Positions 29,175 to 39,459 of a stretch of DNA of 64,000 bases are shown here, piece after piece (within the stretch, counting starts at the first letter, position 1; each line of letters begins with the position of its first letter). Position numbers and translations under genes: made by a program. Under the pieces are notes generated by a model. The model searched no databases. It saw nothing but the letters and a program-made list of their open reading frames with translations, and had not been told where the DNA came from. Source of the DNA: Flavobacteriales bacterium (GTDB taxonomy: Bacteria; Bacteroidota; Bacteroidia; Flavobacteriales_F; PHOS-HE28); assembly GCA_016788635.1 (NCBI GenBank), contig JAEUSU010000004.1, forward strand, positions 37,018 through 101,017. Direction: 5' to 3'.

Positions 29175-31562
29175 ATGCTCCGAAACGCGCTCCTTATGGC
29201 CGTTGTGGCCGCTTCGTTCCATGCCCATTCCCAGGTCAACATGACCCAGGTGGGCCAGCTCAGCTACCAGGCCTTGCGCAACAGCGACCTGAGCAACCTG
29301 TGGGGCTACACCGATGAGTTCGGGAACGAATACGCCCTGGTGGGCGTGAACGGCCAGAACGGATCACCCAACACCGGCGGCCTTTCGGTCGTGGACCTCA
29401 GCGACCCGGCCAACCCCCAGGAGATCTTCTTCCACGCCGGGCCTAACAGCATCTGGCGCGAAGTGAAGACCTGGGGTGACTATGCTTATGTGACCACGGA
29501 GGCGGATTACGGTCTGCTCATCGTGGACCTTTCGCCCCTGCCCTTCTCCAACGTACTGCCCGTGGTGCTCTTCGAAGGGAACGGGTGGGAGACAAGCCAT
29601 TCGCTGTTCATCGACGAGAACGGCAGGCTATACATCCACGGGGCCAACCGCGGCAACGGCGGCGTGATCATGTATGACCTCACCGCCGACCCCATGAACC
29701 CGGTTGAGGTGGGCGAGTTCGACATGTGGTATTGCCACGACAGCTATGCGCGCGGCGATACGCTGTATGCGGCCCATGTATATGCCGGCTTCTTCACCAT
29801 GGTGGATGTGAGCGATCCCGCAAGCCCCGTGCTTCTTGGCCAGCAGTCCACCCCCAACCAGTTCACCCACAACGTGTGGTTGGATGACTCCGGTGACCAC
29901 CTCTACACCACCGATGAACGGACGAATTCCTACATCGGGTCCTACAACGTGGATGACCCTACGGACATCCAGTTCCAGGACAAGGTCCAGAGCGATCCCG
30001 GTTCCGGTACCGTGCCACACAACACGTATTGGTTGAACAACTACCTGGTCACCTCTTACTACACTTTCGGTGTGGTGATCCATGATGCTTCGCGCCCGGA
30101 CAACCTGGTGGAGGTGGGTCACTTCGACACTTCTCCCAACTTCAGCGGCGACGGCTTCAATGGGGCTTGGGGAGTCTATCCCTTTTTTCAATCGGGCCGG
30201 CTGATCGTGAGCGACATCCAGGAGGGCTTGGTGATACTCGACCCCACCTATGTCCAGGCCTGCTGGCTGGAGGGCACCATCACCGATGCCATTACCGGCC
30301 AGAACCTGGTGAACGCCACGGTTACGCTGGACGGCACCGGCATTTCGGATGTCACGGGGTTCAATGGTCGCTACACCAGTGGCTACCATACGGGTGGCAC
30401 CTTTTCCATCACCGTGCAGCGCTTCGGCTATTTCCCACAAACGGTGGGTGGCATCGTGCTGGCGAATGGCTTGTTGACCATTCAGGATGTGGCGCTCACG
30501 CCGCTGCCCTCCTTCACCTACGAGGCTGATGTGCGCGATGCGGTCACGCTGGCCGGCATACCGGATGCGCAGGTGCAGTTGGAGGCCACCGGTCTGCTCT
30601 TTAATGAACTGACGGATGCGGACGGCAACGTGAGCATCTCCACGGTGTTCGAGGAGACCTATGCCACCACGGTGGGCCGATGGGGCTGGCGTACCACCTG
30701 CCAGGCGCCGCAGCCCATGAACATCGGCTTCCCCGCCCAGAGCTTCCTGCTCGATCCCGTGTATGCGGATGACTTCGCCCTGGACCTCGGCTGGACGAGC
30801 GGCGGTGATGCAGAGTCCGGTGGCTGGGTGCGTGCCATTCCCATCGGAACCAATTTCGGCGGCACCCCAGTGGCACCAGGGGCTGACCTGGCCGGGGATT
30901 GTTTCGGCTATGCCTATGTGACCGGCAATGGCGGTGGTGCAGCAGGTGATGATGATGTGGACGACGGTGAGGTATGGCTCGCGTCCCCCGTCTTCGATGC
31001 CTCGGCCATGCCCGACCCCCACGTGCGGTACAGCCGCTGGTTCTACAACGTTGGCGGTTCCGGCAACCCCAATGACACCCTGCATGTGTACCTCACCAAT
31101 GGCACGGATACCGTGGAGGTGGAGACCGTGACCGTTCTTTCGCCCGGCCTTTCCCAATGGGTGAACCGCCTGCGCAAGGTGTCGGACTTCCTCAGTCCAT
31201 CAGCCACCATGAAGTTCATCATGCGCACGGCGGACCGTTCGCCCGGTCACCTGCTTGAAGCGGGTCTGGACGGTTTTGAGGTGCTGCCCAATGGAACGGT
31301 CGGTGAGAATGAAATGGAGCAAAGCGCCGGAGGCCTGTTGGTGTGGCCGGTACCGGGTGACGACCAGCTCTGGGTGCGCGATGCGCAAGGACGCAACGGC
31401 CTCGCACAAGTGCTTGACCTCGGTGGTCGTGTGGTGCGTGACGGACTGGTGATGCGTGACGGCCTGATGAGCGCAGGCATGACGGTGCCATCCGGTGCCT
31501 ACCTCGTACGCGTGCAGTTCGCGGATGGCAGCGTGGCCACCGTGCGATGGATGCGGCGCTGA
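29175..31562 (+). CDS. Choice-of-anchor-B / LVIVD-repeat beta-propeller protein with T9SS C-terminal sorting domain
   Basis: Signal peptide MLRNALLMAVVAASFHAHSQ; LVIVD-type repeats (GGLSVVDLSDPANP, YGLLIVDLSPLP, GLVILDPTY); C-terminal CTD (…AYLVRVQFADGSVATVRWMRR). Confidence 0.75.
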   Translation: MLRNALLMAVVAASFHAHSQVNMTQVGQLSYQALRNSDLSNLWGYTDEFGNEYALVGVNGQNGSPNTGGLSVVDLSDPANPQEIFFHAGPNSIWREVKTWGDYAYVTTEADYGLLIVDLSPLPFSNVLPVVLFEGNGWETSHSLFIDENGRLYIHGANRGNGGVIMYDLTADPMNPVEVGEFDMWYCHDSYARGDTLYAAHVYAGFFTMVDVSDPASPVLLGQQSTPNQFTHNVWLDDSGDHLYTTDERTNSYIGSYNVDDPTDIQFQDKVQSDPGSGTVPHNTYWLNNYLVTSYYTFGVVIHDASRPDNLVEVGHFDTSPNFSGDGFNGAWGVYPFFQSGRLIVSDIQEGLVILDPTYVQACWLEGTITDAITGQNLVNATVTLDGTGISDVTGFNGRYTSGYHTGGTFSITVQRFGYFPQTVGGIVLANGLLTIQDVALTPLPSFTYEADVRDAVTLAGIPDAQVQLEATGLLFNELTDADGNVSISTVFEETYATTVGRWGWRTTCQAPQPMNIGFPAQSFLLDPVYADDFALDLGWTSGGDAESGGWVRAIPIGTNFGGTPVAPGADLAGDCFGYAYVTGNGGGAAGDDDVDDGEVWLASPVFDASAMPDPHVRYSRWFYNVGGSGNPNDTLHVYLTNGTDTVEVETVTVLSPGLSQWVNRLRKVSDFLSPSATMKFIMRTADRSPGHLLEAGLDGFEVLPNGTVGENEMEQSAGGLLVWPVPGDDQLWVRDAQGRNGLAQVLDLGGRVVRDGLVMRDGLMSAGMTVPSGAYLVRVQFADGSVATVRWMRR

Positions 31563-32510
31563 TCAGCGCCTGGGTGGTGGCACGTTGTTGCAATGCTCCT
31601 TGAGCAGCGCATCCACGCCATCCACCCCGCCGATCATCCGGGCCATGTTCAGGTCCGCACAGGCCTTGTCGCGTTCACCCTTGCGCAGGCGGATGATGCC
31701 CCGCGTACGAAGCGCAAAGGCATTGCCGGGGTAGGCCCGCAGGCTCTTGTCCAGGTCCTTCATCGCTTCGTCATCACGTCCCATCTTCATCAGGCTGTAA
31801 GCCCGGTTGCTCAGGGCCACGGGCTCATCCTTGTCCAGTTTCAGGGCCTGCGTATACATGATGAGCGCCTCCTCATGCCGCTCCAGCATGGCCAGGGTAT
31901 AGCCCCGGTTGGACCAATGCGCCACCTCGCCCGGTTCCAGCACGCATAGTCGCTCGTGAATGACAAGTGCTTCGGAATACTTCCCGATGTTGTTCAGGCA
32001 GCGCGCCAGTTTTTCAAGCGCCTCCACATTGTCCGGGTCGCTGGCCAGGCCCGCCCGAAGGTCCTCGATCGCTTCAGCCTGGTGGCCCAGTTCGGTGCGC
32101 GATTCCCCGCGCAGGAGCAGCGCACGGGAACGCAGCGGATCATAAGCGCCCAGGTCCAGCGCACGGGTGCAATGCAGGTCGGCCCGGCCATAGTCCTGTG
32201 CCCGGTAGGCATAGAGGGCCCGTTGGTAGTGCGCCTCCACGTTCGTGCTGTCCAGCCGCAGGGCACGCTCCACGTCGAGCAGGAAGCTGTCCATGTGTTC
32301 CAGCACATACAGCGCCCGGGCCCTGGCGGAATAGCTGCGGGATACCGGTTCGGCCTGCACGGCCTTGTCGTACCACGCCAGGGCCTTCGCGGCTTTGTCC
32401 AGGCGCAGAAGGCTGTCTCCCTTGGTGATGAAGCCCCCGGCCTGCTGGGCCTGTGTGCCCGAGGGAAGGCAGCAGGCGAACAGCAGGATGAGGAGGAGGG
32501 GCCGGAGCAT
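31563..32510 (-). CDS. Secreted TPR-repeat protein
   Basis: Signal peptide MLRPLLLILLFACCLPSGTQAQQ and ~7 TPR units. Confidence 0.7.
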   Translation of the reverse strand: MLRPLLLILLFACCLPSGTQAQQAGGFITKGDSLLRLDKAAKALAWYDKAVQAEPVSRSYSARARALYVLEHMDSFLLDVERALRLDSTNVEAHYQRALYAYRAQDYGRADLHCTRALDLGAYDPLRSRALLLRGESRTELGHQAEAIEDLRAGLASDPDNVEALEKLARCLNNIGKYSEALVIHERLCVLEPGEVAHWSNRGYTLAMLERHEEALIMYTQALKLDKDEPVALSNRAYSLMKMGRDDEAMKDLDKSLRAYPGNAFALRTRGIIRLRKGERDKACADLNMARMIGGVDGVDALLKEHCNNVPPPRR

Positions 32511-32530
32511 TGCTGCTCAAATGTAGTCGC

Positions 32531-33535
32531 TCACAAGCGCGCACGCGGCAGGTCGGCCGGGGTGGCCAGACGGCCCGCTTCCAATAGGAAGTGTCCGGCC
32601 ATGGCGATCATCGCGGCATTGTCGGTGCAATAGGCTGGCGGGGGTATATGCACCACCCAGCCTTCGCGTTCACCCAGTGCAAGCAGCCGTGCGCGCAGGG
32701 CCGAATTGGCGGACACACCACCGCTGCACCCCACCTCACGCAGGTCATGCTGTCGCATGGCCTGCCGCACACGCGTAAGCAGCACGCGCAGGATGCCTTC
32801 CTGCAGGGATGCACAGAGGTGCGGAAGTTCCGTTGGGAGCTGGTCCGTCGACACGTTCCGCACCACACGTTGGAAGGCCACCTTGATGCCGCTGAAGCTC
32901 ATGTTCAGGCCTTGCACCTCGGGAAAGGGCAGGGGATACTTCGCGGCATCGCCGGTGCGTGCCAGCCGGTCCACCTCGGGCCCGCCGGGGTAGGGCAGCC
33001 CCATCACCTTGGCACCCTTGTCGAAGGCCTCGCCGGCCGCGTCATCCAGGGTTGTGCCGATCACTTCCATGTCCAGCGGTCCGTGCACCAGCACCAACAG
33101 GGTATGCCCGCCGCTCACCGTGAGGTTGAGGAAGGGGAAGGAGGGCGCCGGACGATCTATCTCATCTCGAATGAAGTGGGCCAGCACGTGTGCCTCCATA
33201 TGGTGCACGGCCAGCAGGGGTATGCCCAGCGCCTGGGCCATGGAACGGGCGAAGCTGCCACCCACAAGCAACGCACCGATCAGTCCCGGACCCTGTGTAA
33301 AGGCTATGGCTGACAGGTCGCGCGGGCGGATGCCCGCCTGTTCCAGCGCAGCGTGCACCACGGGCACGATGTTCTCCTGGTGGGCGCGTGAGGCCAGCTC
33401 CGGCACCACGCCACCCCAGGCGCGATGCACGCTTTGGCCCGCCACCACGTTGCTCTTCAGGCGCCCATCCTCCAGCACAGCGGCCGCCGTATCATCACAG
33501 GAGCTCTCGATGCCCAAGATCAGGCGGGGGCGCAT
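32531..33535 (-). CDS. tsaD: tRNA N6-adenosine threonylcarbamoyltransferase
   Basis: LILGIESSCDDTAAAV, HMEAH, GGVSAN motifs; start at MRPRLILG (ATG 33535). Confidence 0.92.
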   Translation of the reverse strand: MRPRLILGIESSCDDTAAAVLEDGRLKSNVVAGQSVHRAWGGVVPELASRAHQENIVPVVHAALEQAGIRPRDLSAIAFTQGPGLIGALLVGGSFARSMAQALGIPLLAVHHMEAHVLAHFIRDEIDRPAPSFPFLNLTVSGGHTLLVLVHGPLDMEVIGTTLDDAAGEAFDKGAKVMGLPYPGGPEVDRLARTGDAAKYPLPFPEVQGLNMSFSGIKVAFQRVVRNVSTDQLPTELPHLCASLQEGILRVLLTRVRQAMRQHDLREVGCSGGVSANSALRARLLALGEREGWVVHIPPPAYCTDNAAMIAMAGHFLLEAGRLATPADLPRARL

Positions 33536-33666
33536 GGGGGACGGGTTAATTTCGCAGCAGGCACGGTGTTCGCACCGCGCGCACAAAACTACCCGCCCTG
33601 GACCGCGCCCGCATCATCCGCATCGCACGCCGCATTCTGCGTTGGTCGGGCCGTCTCACGCTCCTC

Positions 33667-36600
33667 TTGTTCATTCTGGTGCTTGTGGTGGCGGGCCTGC
33701 TGCTGCTGCCCCCAGTTCAAACGTGGACCGCCCATCGGGTGAGCGCCTGGCTGGCGAAGGAACAAGGTGTCACCATCCAGATCGGCCGCATCGCCATCCA
33801 TCCATTCGGCCGCATCGCCCTGCATGAGGTGTACATCGCCGACCTGCATGGCGATACGCTCATCCGTGCCAGCGAGGTCCGCATCGCACGTTTGCGCATT
33901 CACCCGGGCACGCACGTGGTAAAGGCCGGTGAGCTGGTGCTGAATGACGCCCGCTTCAATCTGGCCAAGGACAGCGGCGACCACATCAGCAACCTCACGC
34001 ATTGGCTGGAGAGTTTCGGCGCTGGCGATACAGCGGACGTGGGCGGTGCACCCTGGCGCATGGAAGCGTTGCGTGTGCAGGTGCGGAACCTGCACTTCAC
34101 CTACCATGACGGCAGCGAACCTTTCGATGCCCACGGGGTGGACTTCAGCCACGTGGACACCCGCCTACACCTGTTGGATGCGAGTGGGCTGCGGATCCAT
34201 GGCGATACGGTGAACGTGCACCTCGCCCAGGTGCGCCTGACCGATCAGGGCGGACTTGACCTGCTGGACTTCGGAGGCCTTGCGCATGTGAGCCCCGAGC
34301 GCATCGCGGTGGATGATCTGCGCATCCGCACACCGCGTTCGGATGTCCACGGCGACCTGGCCCTGCTGGCCACGAGCTACGATGACTACGACAACTTCGA
34401 GGAACTCGTCACCATGCGGCTTGACCTGGACAGTTCCTTGCTCTGGAGCGGCGACATCGCACTGTTCGCGAGCGATCTGAAAGGCATGGACCTGCCTGTG
34501 CACGCCAGTGGCCGTTTCCGTGGAACGGTGGCACAGCTGAAGGCGCGGGATATGCGGCTGCACTGGGGTAAGGGTTCGCACCTGCGCGCGGATGCCGAGC
34601 TTGTGGGTTTGCCCGACTTCCGCTCCACCTTCATGCTGGTGGATGTGGAGGAAATGCGCACGGAGAGCACGGACATCGAGGTCATACCGCTGCCACCTTT
34701 TGGCGTGGAGGACCACGTGCGCCTGCCAGAGGAACTGAGAGCCCTCGGCGTGGTGCGCTTCACGGGCAACTTCACCGGCTTTCCGGGGTCCTTTACGGCG
34801 TATGGCCGCACGGCCACCGCACTGGGCACCCTGCGCACGGACATGACCTACACGCGCGACACCCTTTCCGGCGCGTTCCGCCTGGCTGGACAGGTGCGCA
34901 CCGATGGCTTCAACCCGGGTCCTCTGGCGCGCACCAATACCCTGGGCCCCTTGGCTTGCGACCTGCGCGTTCAGGCGGAAGGCCGGAATTTCCGCGAGGC
35001 CAAGGCGGAATTGGATGGCACTGTACCGATGTTCACCTTGAACGGGGCCACGGTCACGAACATCACGGTGAAGGGTTCCCTGGAACGCGACCGTTTCAAT
35101 GGAGCGCTCACCTGCGACGACCCCAACCTGATGCTCGACTTCAAGGGGCTGGCCGATCTGCGCGGGAAGTATCCGCTGGTGGACTTCGTTGCCCGCGTGG
35201 CCCATGCTGACCTGGTGGCTTTGCGACTGGTGGACGGTCCTGGTCCGCACGAGATCATGTGCGAAGTGATGGCCGAGGGCGAACTGGCCATTGACAGTTT
35301 GAAGGGCGAAGCCTTGGTGCGCAACATCGTCTATTGCCATCCGAAGGGCGAGTGCATGTTCGGCAACATGGACGTGCGCAGCCTGCGCGCCGAGGGAAGG
35401 CCGGAGTTGCAGGTGCGCAGCGAAATGTTCGATGCCACCGTGCATGGCCCCTTCCTGCCCACGCGTCTGCCGGAGGCGGTAAGCAGCATCGTGTTCAGCG
35501 TGTTCCCTTCATTGACCAGCGAGGTCACCTACCGCCAGGAGGACCAGGCCTTCAACTTCGCCATCGATATAAAGGACATTTCCCCGATCCTGGGCCTGTT
35601 GCTACCTGAGCTGGACCTGCCCCAAGGTGCCATGGTGGATGGCGCCCTGGACACGCGCACCTTCGATATCTCACTCACGGCCACCGCGCCACGCCTGGTC
35701 TATGGAAGCTTGAAGGCGGATTCCGTGAACATCGTGGTGGACAAAGCCCTTGACGTGCTGGCTTTCCGCGTGATGAGCAGCCGTGGCACCCTGCGGGACA
35801 GCACCCTGTACGGGGGGGCTTACCTCACCGGTACGGCCTATCAGGACGACATCCGTATGGACCTGGGCTGGCAGGATGCGATCGGCGGCACCCGCGCACA
35901 CTTCGCACTGCAAGGCGAGGTGCTGGGCCCGGCAAGTGCCGAACTTCAATTGATGCCATCGGAGATCGCGCTGGGACAGGGGCTCTGGCGCAACACGGAA
36001 CCGGCCGGCATACGGTGGGACAGCTCCGTGGTGCAGGTGCGCGCGCTGGACCTGCACAACGGCCGGCAACGCGTACTGCTGGACGGTGCGCTGGGCACCA
36101 CGCCGGGCCTGTCCATGGCCTTCGAATTGGAGGATGTGGACCTCCATGGCTTCCAGCGCTTCCTCGATGGACCGGACCTCTACGGCCGCATCACGGGAGA
36201 GGGACGTGTGATCGATGTGTTGAAGAAGCCCTACCTGCTCAGCTACATCTGCCTGGACAGCCTGCACGTGGGCCGCGAACCCGTGGGTGACCTGCGCTTC
36301 TCCGCCAACTGGAACGAAGGCTCCCGCGACATCGCGGTGTACGGCCAGCTCCAGCGCAAGACCCTCACGGCGCTCGACTTCGAAGGACGTTTCTCCCCCG
36401 GGACTGAGGATGAACTGGACATTGCCCTGAAGCTGGAGCAGTTCGACCTGCGCTTTGTGGAGCCCTATCTGCCCAAGGAGGACCTGAGCGATCTGCAGGG
36501 CCGGGTCACCGGAACCATCAACCTGAAGGGCACCTTGGGCGATCCGCTGTTCACCGGCGAGGTGCTGCTGGAGGAGGCAGGCATTCGCATCAACTACCTC

Positions 36601-38034
36601 AACACCTTTTACACCTTCACCAGCAAGGCCGGCATACGGCCCAATATGTTCTTTCTGGACAATGTGACCGTGCGGGATGAGGAGGGGCGCACCGCCCGCA
36701 TGGGGGCCACCATCGTGCACAAGGCGTTCAGCAAGTGGAACTACAATATCTGGGGCACCATGGATAACCTGTTGTGCCTGAACACCAGCCCCAACGAGAA
36801 CGAACTCTACTACGGGAAGGCCTACGCCATGGGTGACATTGAGGTGAGTGGTTACGCCGGCAGCCTGGAGATCACCGTGGACGCGCGCACCGGGCCGGGC
36901 ACCACCATCGCCTTTCCCCTGGGCGGAAGCACCGAAGTAGGCGGCATTGACTTTGTCCGGTTCGTGAGCGCCAGTGCGGCGGCGGACACCCTGGAGAAGG
37001 AGATCGACCTCACCGGAGTGAAGCTGAGCCTCGATGTGGATGTCACGCCCGAAGCGAAGTTCGAGCTCATCTTCGACCCCACCGTGGGCGACATCATGTC
37101 CGGCTCAGGCCAGGGCCACATGGAGATGAGCGTTAGCCCGGCGGGTGAATTCAGCATGCGCGGAGGGGTGGAGGTCACCGAGGGCGATTACCTCTTCACG
37201 TTGAAGAGCCTCTTGAACAAACGCTTCAGCCTGCAACCCGGCGGCACCATCACCTGGTACGGCGATCCCTTCAATGCCACGCTGGACCTGAACGCCGTTT
37301 ACCGCCTGCGCACCGGGTTGTATGACATCATGCGCGAGAAGAACGAGGCTTACCGCAAACGCGTGCCGGTGGAGGTGCACATGAGCCTGCGCGACCGCCT
37401 GATGAACCCGGTGATCGGGTTCAATGTGAAGCTGCCCACGGTGGATGACAACGTGCGCACGGAGGTGATGAGCGTGCTGAGCAATGAGACCGAGGTGAAC
37501 CGCCAGGTGTTCGCCCTCATCGTGTTCAACAAATTCCTGCCCCCGCCGGACCAGGCGGCCAGCGCCAGCTCGGGCAACTTTGCCACCACTTCCGGCAGTG
37601 AGCTGCTCAGCAACCAGGTGAGCAACTGGCTGAGCCAGGTGAGCGACAAGGTGGACCTGGGCGTGAACTACCGCCCCGGCGACCAGGTGACGCGTGACGA
37701 GTTCCAGGTGGCGGTGAGCACCCAGATCCTGAACGACCGCCTGCTGGTGAGCACCAATGTGGGCGTGTCCTACGGTGCCGCACAGCAGAGCAACCAGTTC
37801 ATCGGCGATTTCCAGATGGAGTACCTGCTGCCCCCGCGCGGCCGCATGCGCATGAAGGCCTACAGCGTGGCCAACGATCAGAACCTGAACCAGAACGACC
37901 AGGCGCCCACCACACAGGGAGCGGGCATCGGTTACCGCATCGATTTCAACCACTGGAGCGAACTGTTCCGCCGCAAGAAGCCCACCTATTCCGTGCCGCC
38001 ACCCGCGCTGCCGCCGGCCGCGGTGGAACCGTGA
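33667..38034 (+). CDS. tamB: Translocation and assembly module protein TamB (DUF490 family). The start is uncertain: the ORF track opens on TTG 33667 and there is no in-frame ATG upstream.
   Basis: ~1455 aa with N-terminal TM anchor (…RLTLLLFILVLVVAGLLLLPP), a long beta-rich body and the conserved C-terminal DUF490-like region (…YLLPPRGRMRMKAYSV…GAGIGYRIDF). Confidence 0.8.
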   Translation: MFILVLVVAGLLLLPPVQTWTAHRVSAWLAKEQGVTIQIGRIAIHPFGRIALHEVYIADLHGDTLIRASEVRIARLRIHPGTHVVKAGELVLNDARFNLAKDSGDHISNLTHWLESFGAGDTADVGGAPWRMEALRVQVRNLHFTYHDGSEPFDAHGVDFSHVDTRLHLLDASGLRIHGDTVNVHLAQVRLTDQGGLDLLDFGGLAHVSPERIAVDDLRIRTPRSDVHGDLALLATSYDDYDNFEELVTMRLDLDSSLLWSGDIALFASDLKGMDLPVHASGRFRGTVAQLKARDMRLHWGKGSHLRADAELVGLPDFRSTFMLVDVEEMRTESTDIEVIPLPPFGVEDHVRLPEELRALGVVRFTGNFTGFPGSFTAYGRTATALGTLRTDMTYTRDTLSGAFRLAGQVRTDGFNPGPLARTNTLGPLACDLRVQAEGRNFREAKAELDGTVPMFTLNGATVTNITVKGSLERDRFNGALTCDDPNLMLDFKGLADLRGKYPLVDFVARVAHADLVALRLVDGPGPHEIMCEVMAEGELAIDSLKGEALVRNIVYCHPKGECMFGNMDVRSLRAEGRPELQVRSEMFDATVHGPFLPTRLPEAVSSIVFSVFPSLTSEVTYRQEDQAFNFAIDIKDISPILGLLLPELDLPQGAMVDGALDTRTFDISLTATAPRLVYGSLKADSVNIVVDKALDVLAFRVMSSRGTLRDSTLYGGAYLTGTAYQDDIRMDLGWQDAIGGTRAHFALQGEVLGPASAELQLMPSEIALGQGLWRNTEPAGIRWDSSVVQVRALDLHNGRQRVLLDGALGTTPGLSMAFELEDVDLHGFQRFLDGPDLYGRITGEGRVIDVLKKPYLLSYICLDSLHVGREPVGDLRFSANWNEGSRDIAVYGQLQRKTLTALDFEGRFSPGTEDELDIALKLEQFDLRFVEPYLPKEDLSDLQGRVTGTINLKGTLGDPLFTGEVLLEEAGIRINYLNTFYTFTSKAGIRPNMFFLDNVTVRDEEGRTARMGATIVHKAFSKWNYNIWGTMDNLLCLNTSPNENELYYGKAYAMGDIEVSGYAGSLEITVDARTGPGTTIAFPLGGSTEVGGIDFVRFVSASAAADTLEKEIDLTGVKLSLDVDVTPEAKFELIFDPTVGDIMSGSGQGHMEMSVSPAGEFSMRGGVEVTEGDYLFTLKSLLNKRFSLQPGGTITWYGDPFNATLDLNAVYRLRTGLYDIMREKNEAYRKRVPVEVHMSLRDRLMNPVIGFNVKLPTVDDNVRTEVMSVLSNETEVNRQVFALIVFNKFLPPPDQAASASSGNFATTSGSELLSNQVSNWLSQVSDKVDLGVNYRPGDQVTRDEFQVAVSTQILNDRLLVSTNVGVSYGAAQQSNQFIGDFQMEYLLPPRGRMRMKAYSVANDQNLNQNDQAPTTQGAGIGYRIDFNHWSELFRRKKPTYSVPPPALPPAAVEP

Positions 38035-38041
38035 GCGGGCC

Positions 38042-39262
38042 TCAGCCCACGTCGTCCAGTCCCAGGCTGTGGCCGAGCTTCTCCTTCTTGGTACGCAGGT
38101 AGCTGCGGTTGTGTGGGTTGGAAGGCACTTCGATGGGTACGTTCTCCACGATCTCCAGCCCGTAACCCACAAGCCCGGTGCGTTTGCGCGGGTTGTTCGT
38201 CATCAGCCGCATCTTGCGCACGCCCAGGTCGTGCAGGATCTGCGCACCCACGCCATAGTCGCGCGCGTCCATCTCGAAGCCGAGCATCAGGTTCGCCTCC
38301 ACCGTATCGGCGCCCTGCTCCTGCAGTTTGTAGGCCTTTAGCTTGTTCAGCAGGCCGATGCCGCGGCCTTCCTGCTGCATGTACACGATCACCCCCTTCC
38401 CCTCACGCTCCACCATTTCCATGGCCTTATGCAGCTGGGGGCCGCAGTCGCATCGGCAGCTGCCGAAGATATCCCCCGTTACACAGCTGCTGTGCACGCG
38501 CACCAGTACAGGCTCCTTCAGGTCCCAATGTCCCTTGATGAGCGCAATGTGTTCCTCGCCCGTGGTGGTCTGCTGGTAGGCCACCAATTCGAAATTGCCG
38601 TGGGTGGTGGGCAGCTTCACATCCACCTGCCGTTCCACGATGCGCTCGGTGCGCATGCGGTAGGCCACCAGGTCGGCGATGCTCACCAGCTTCAGCCCGA
38701 AACGCCTGGCGATCACACGCAGTTCGGGTAGGCGTGCCATGGAGCCATCCTCGTTGAGGATCTCCACAATGCAGCCGGCCGGCTCAAAACCCGCCAGCCG
38801 CGCCAGGTCCACCGCCGCTTCGGTATGGCCGGTGCGGCGCAGCACCCCGCCGTTGCGGGCCTTCAGGGGGAAGATGTGGCCGGGGCGGGCAAGGTCCTCC
38901 GGCCGCGCAGCCGGGTCGATCAGGGCCATCATCGTCTGGCTGCGGTCGCTGGCGCTGATGCCCGTGGTGGTGCCGCGGCCCTTTACGTCCACACTGACGG
39001 TGAAGGGCGTTTCGTGCAGCGCCGTGTTGTCGCGCACCATCAGTTCCAGGCCCAGTTCCGCACAGCGCGCCTCGGTGAGCGGCGCGCAGATGAGCCCGCG
39101 GCCGTGCAGGGCCATGAAGTTGATCACCTCGGGCGTGGCGTTGCGTGCGGCGGTGAGGAAGTCGCCTTCATTCTCACGGTCCTCGTCGTCCACCACGATC
39201 ACCACCTTGCCCGCGCGGATGTCCGCAATGGCGTCCTCTATCCGGTCCAACGGTTCTTCCAT
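38042..39262 (-). CDS. ribBA: Bifunctional 3,4-dihydroxy-2-butanone-4-phosphate synthase / GTP cyclohydrolase II
   Basis: DRENEGD (DHBP synthase) and CxCxxC..., RGHTEA, NNPRK (GTP cyclohydrolase II) motifs. Confidence 0.95.
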   Translation of the reverse strand: MEEPLDRIEDAIADIRAGKVVIVVDDEDRENEGDFLTAARNATPEVINFMALHGRGLICAPLTEARCAELGLELMVRDNTALHETPFTVSVDVKGRGTTTGISASDRSQTMMALIDPAARPEDLARPGHIFPLKARNGGVLRRTGHTEAAVDLARLAGFEPAGCIVEILNEDGSMARLPELRVIARRFGLKLVSIADLVAYRMRTERIVERQVDVKLPTTHGNFELVAYQQTTTGEEHIALIKGHWDLKEPVLVRVHSSCVTGDIFGSCRCDCGPQLHKAMEMVEREGKGVIVYMQQEGRGIGLLNKLKAYKLQEQGADTVEANLMLGFEMDARDYGVGAQILHDLGVRKMRLMTNNPRKRTGLVGYGLEIVENVPIEVPSNPHNRSYLRTKKEKLGHSLGLDDVG

Positions 39263-39459
39263 GCGTCCGCAAAGGTAGCTGGGGACGTGGGGCCACGCGG
39301 CCGATCAGCCGGTCCACATAGAGGAGGAGGGTCGCCAGGTCCGGTGTATGGTACGGTGGAAGCCGCTTGCTATCTTGCTCCGGTCAGTAATGCCCGTACG
39401 ACGTGCATTTGCGCAAGCCGTACGACCGACAACGAACAACCGACAACTTCCACTCCCGC

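Noticed and set aside
34165-38172. Minus-strand ORFs of 349-426 aa antisense to tamB
   Set aside because: Low-complexity His/Gln/Ala-rich translations. TamB on + is collinear with the DUF490 family across 1455 aa.
39263-39459. Possible FMN riboswitch in the ribBA leader
   Set aside because: Read on the minus strand, the leader lacks the conserved RFN-element blocks (GGGGCAGGGUGAAAUUCCC / CCGGAGCCGACAGU-type segments). Only direct repeats, more likely protein operators, are present.
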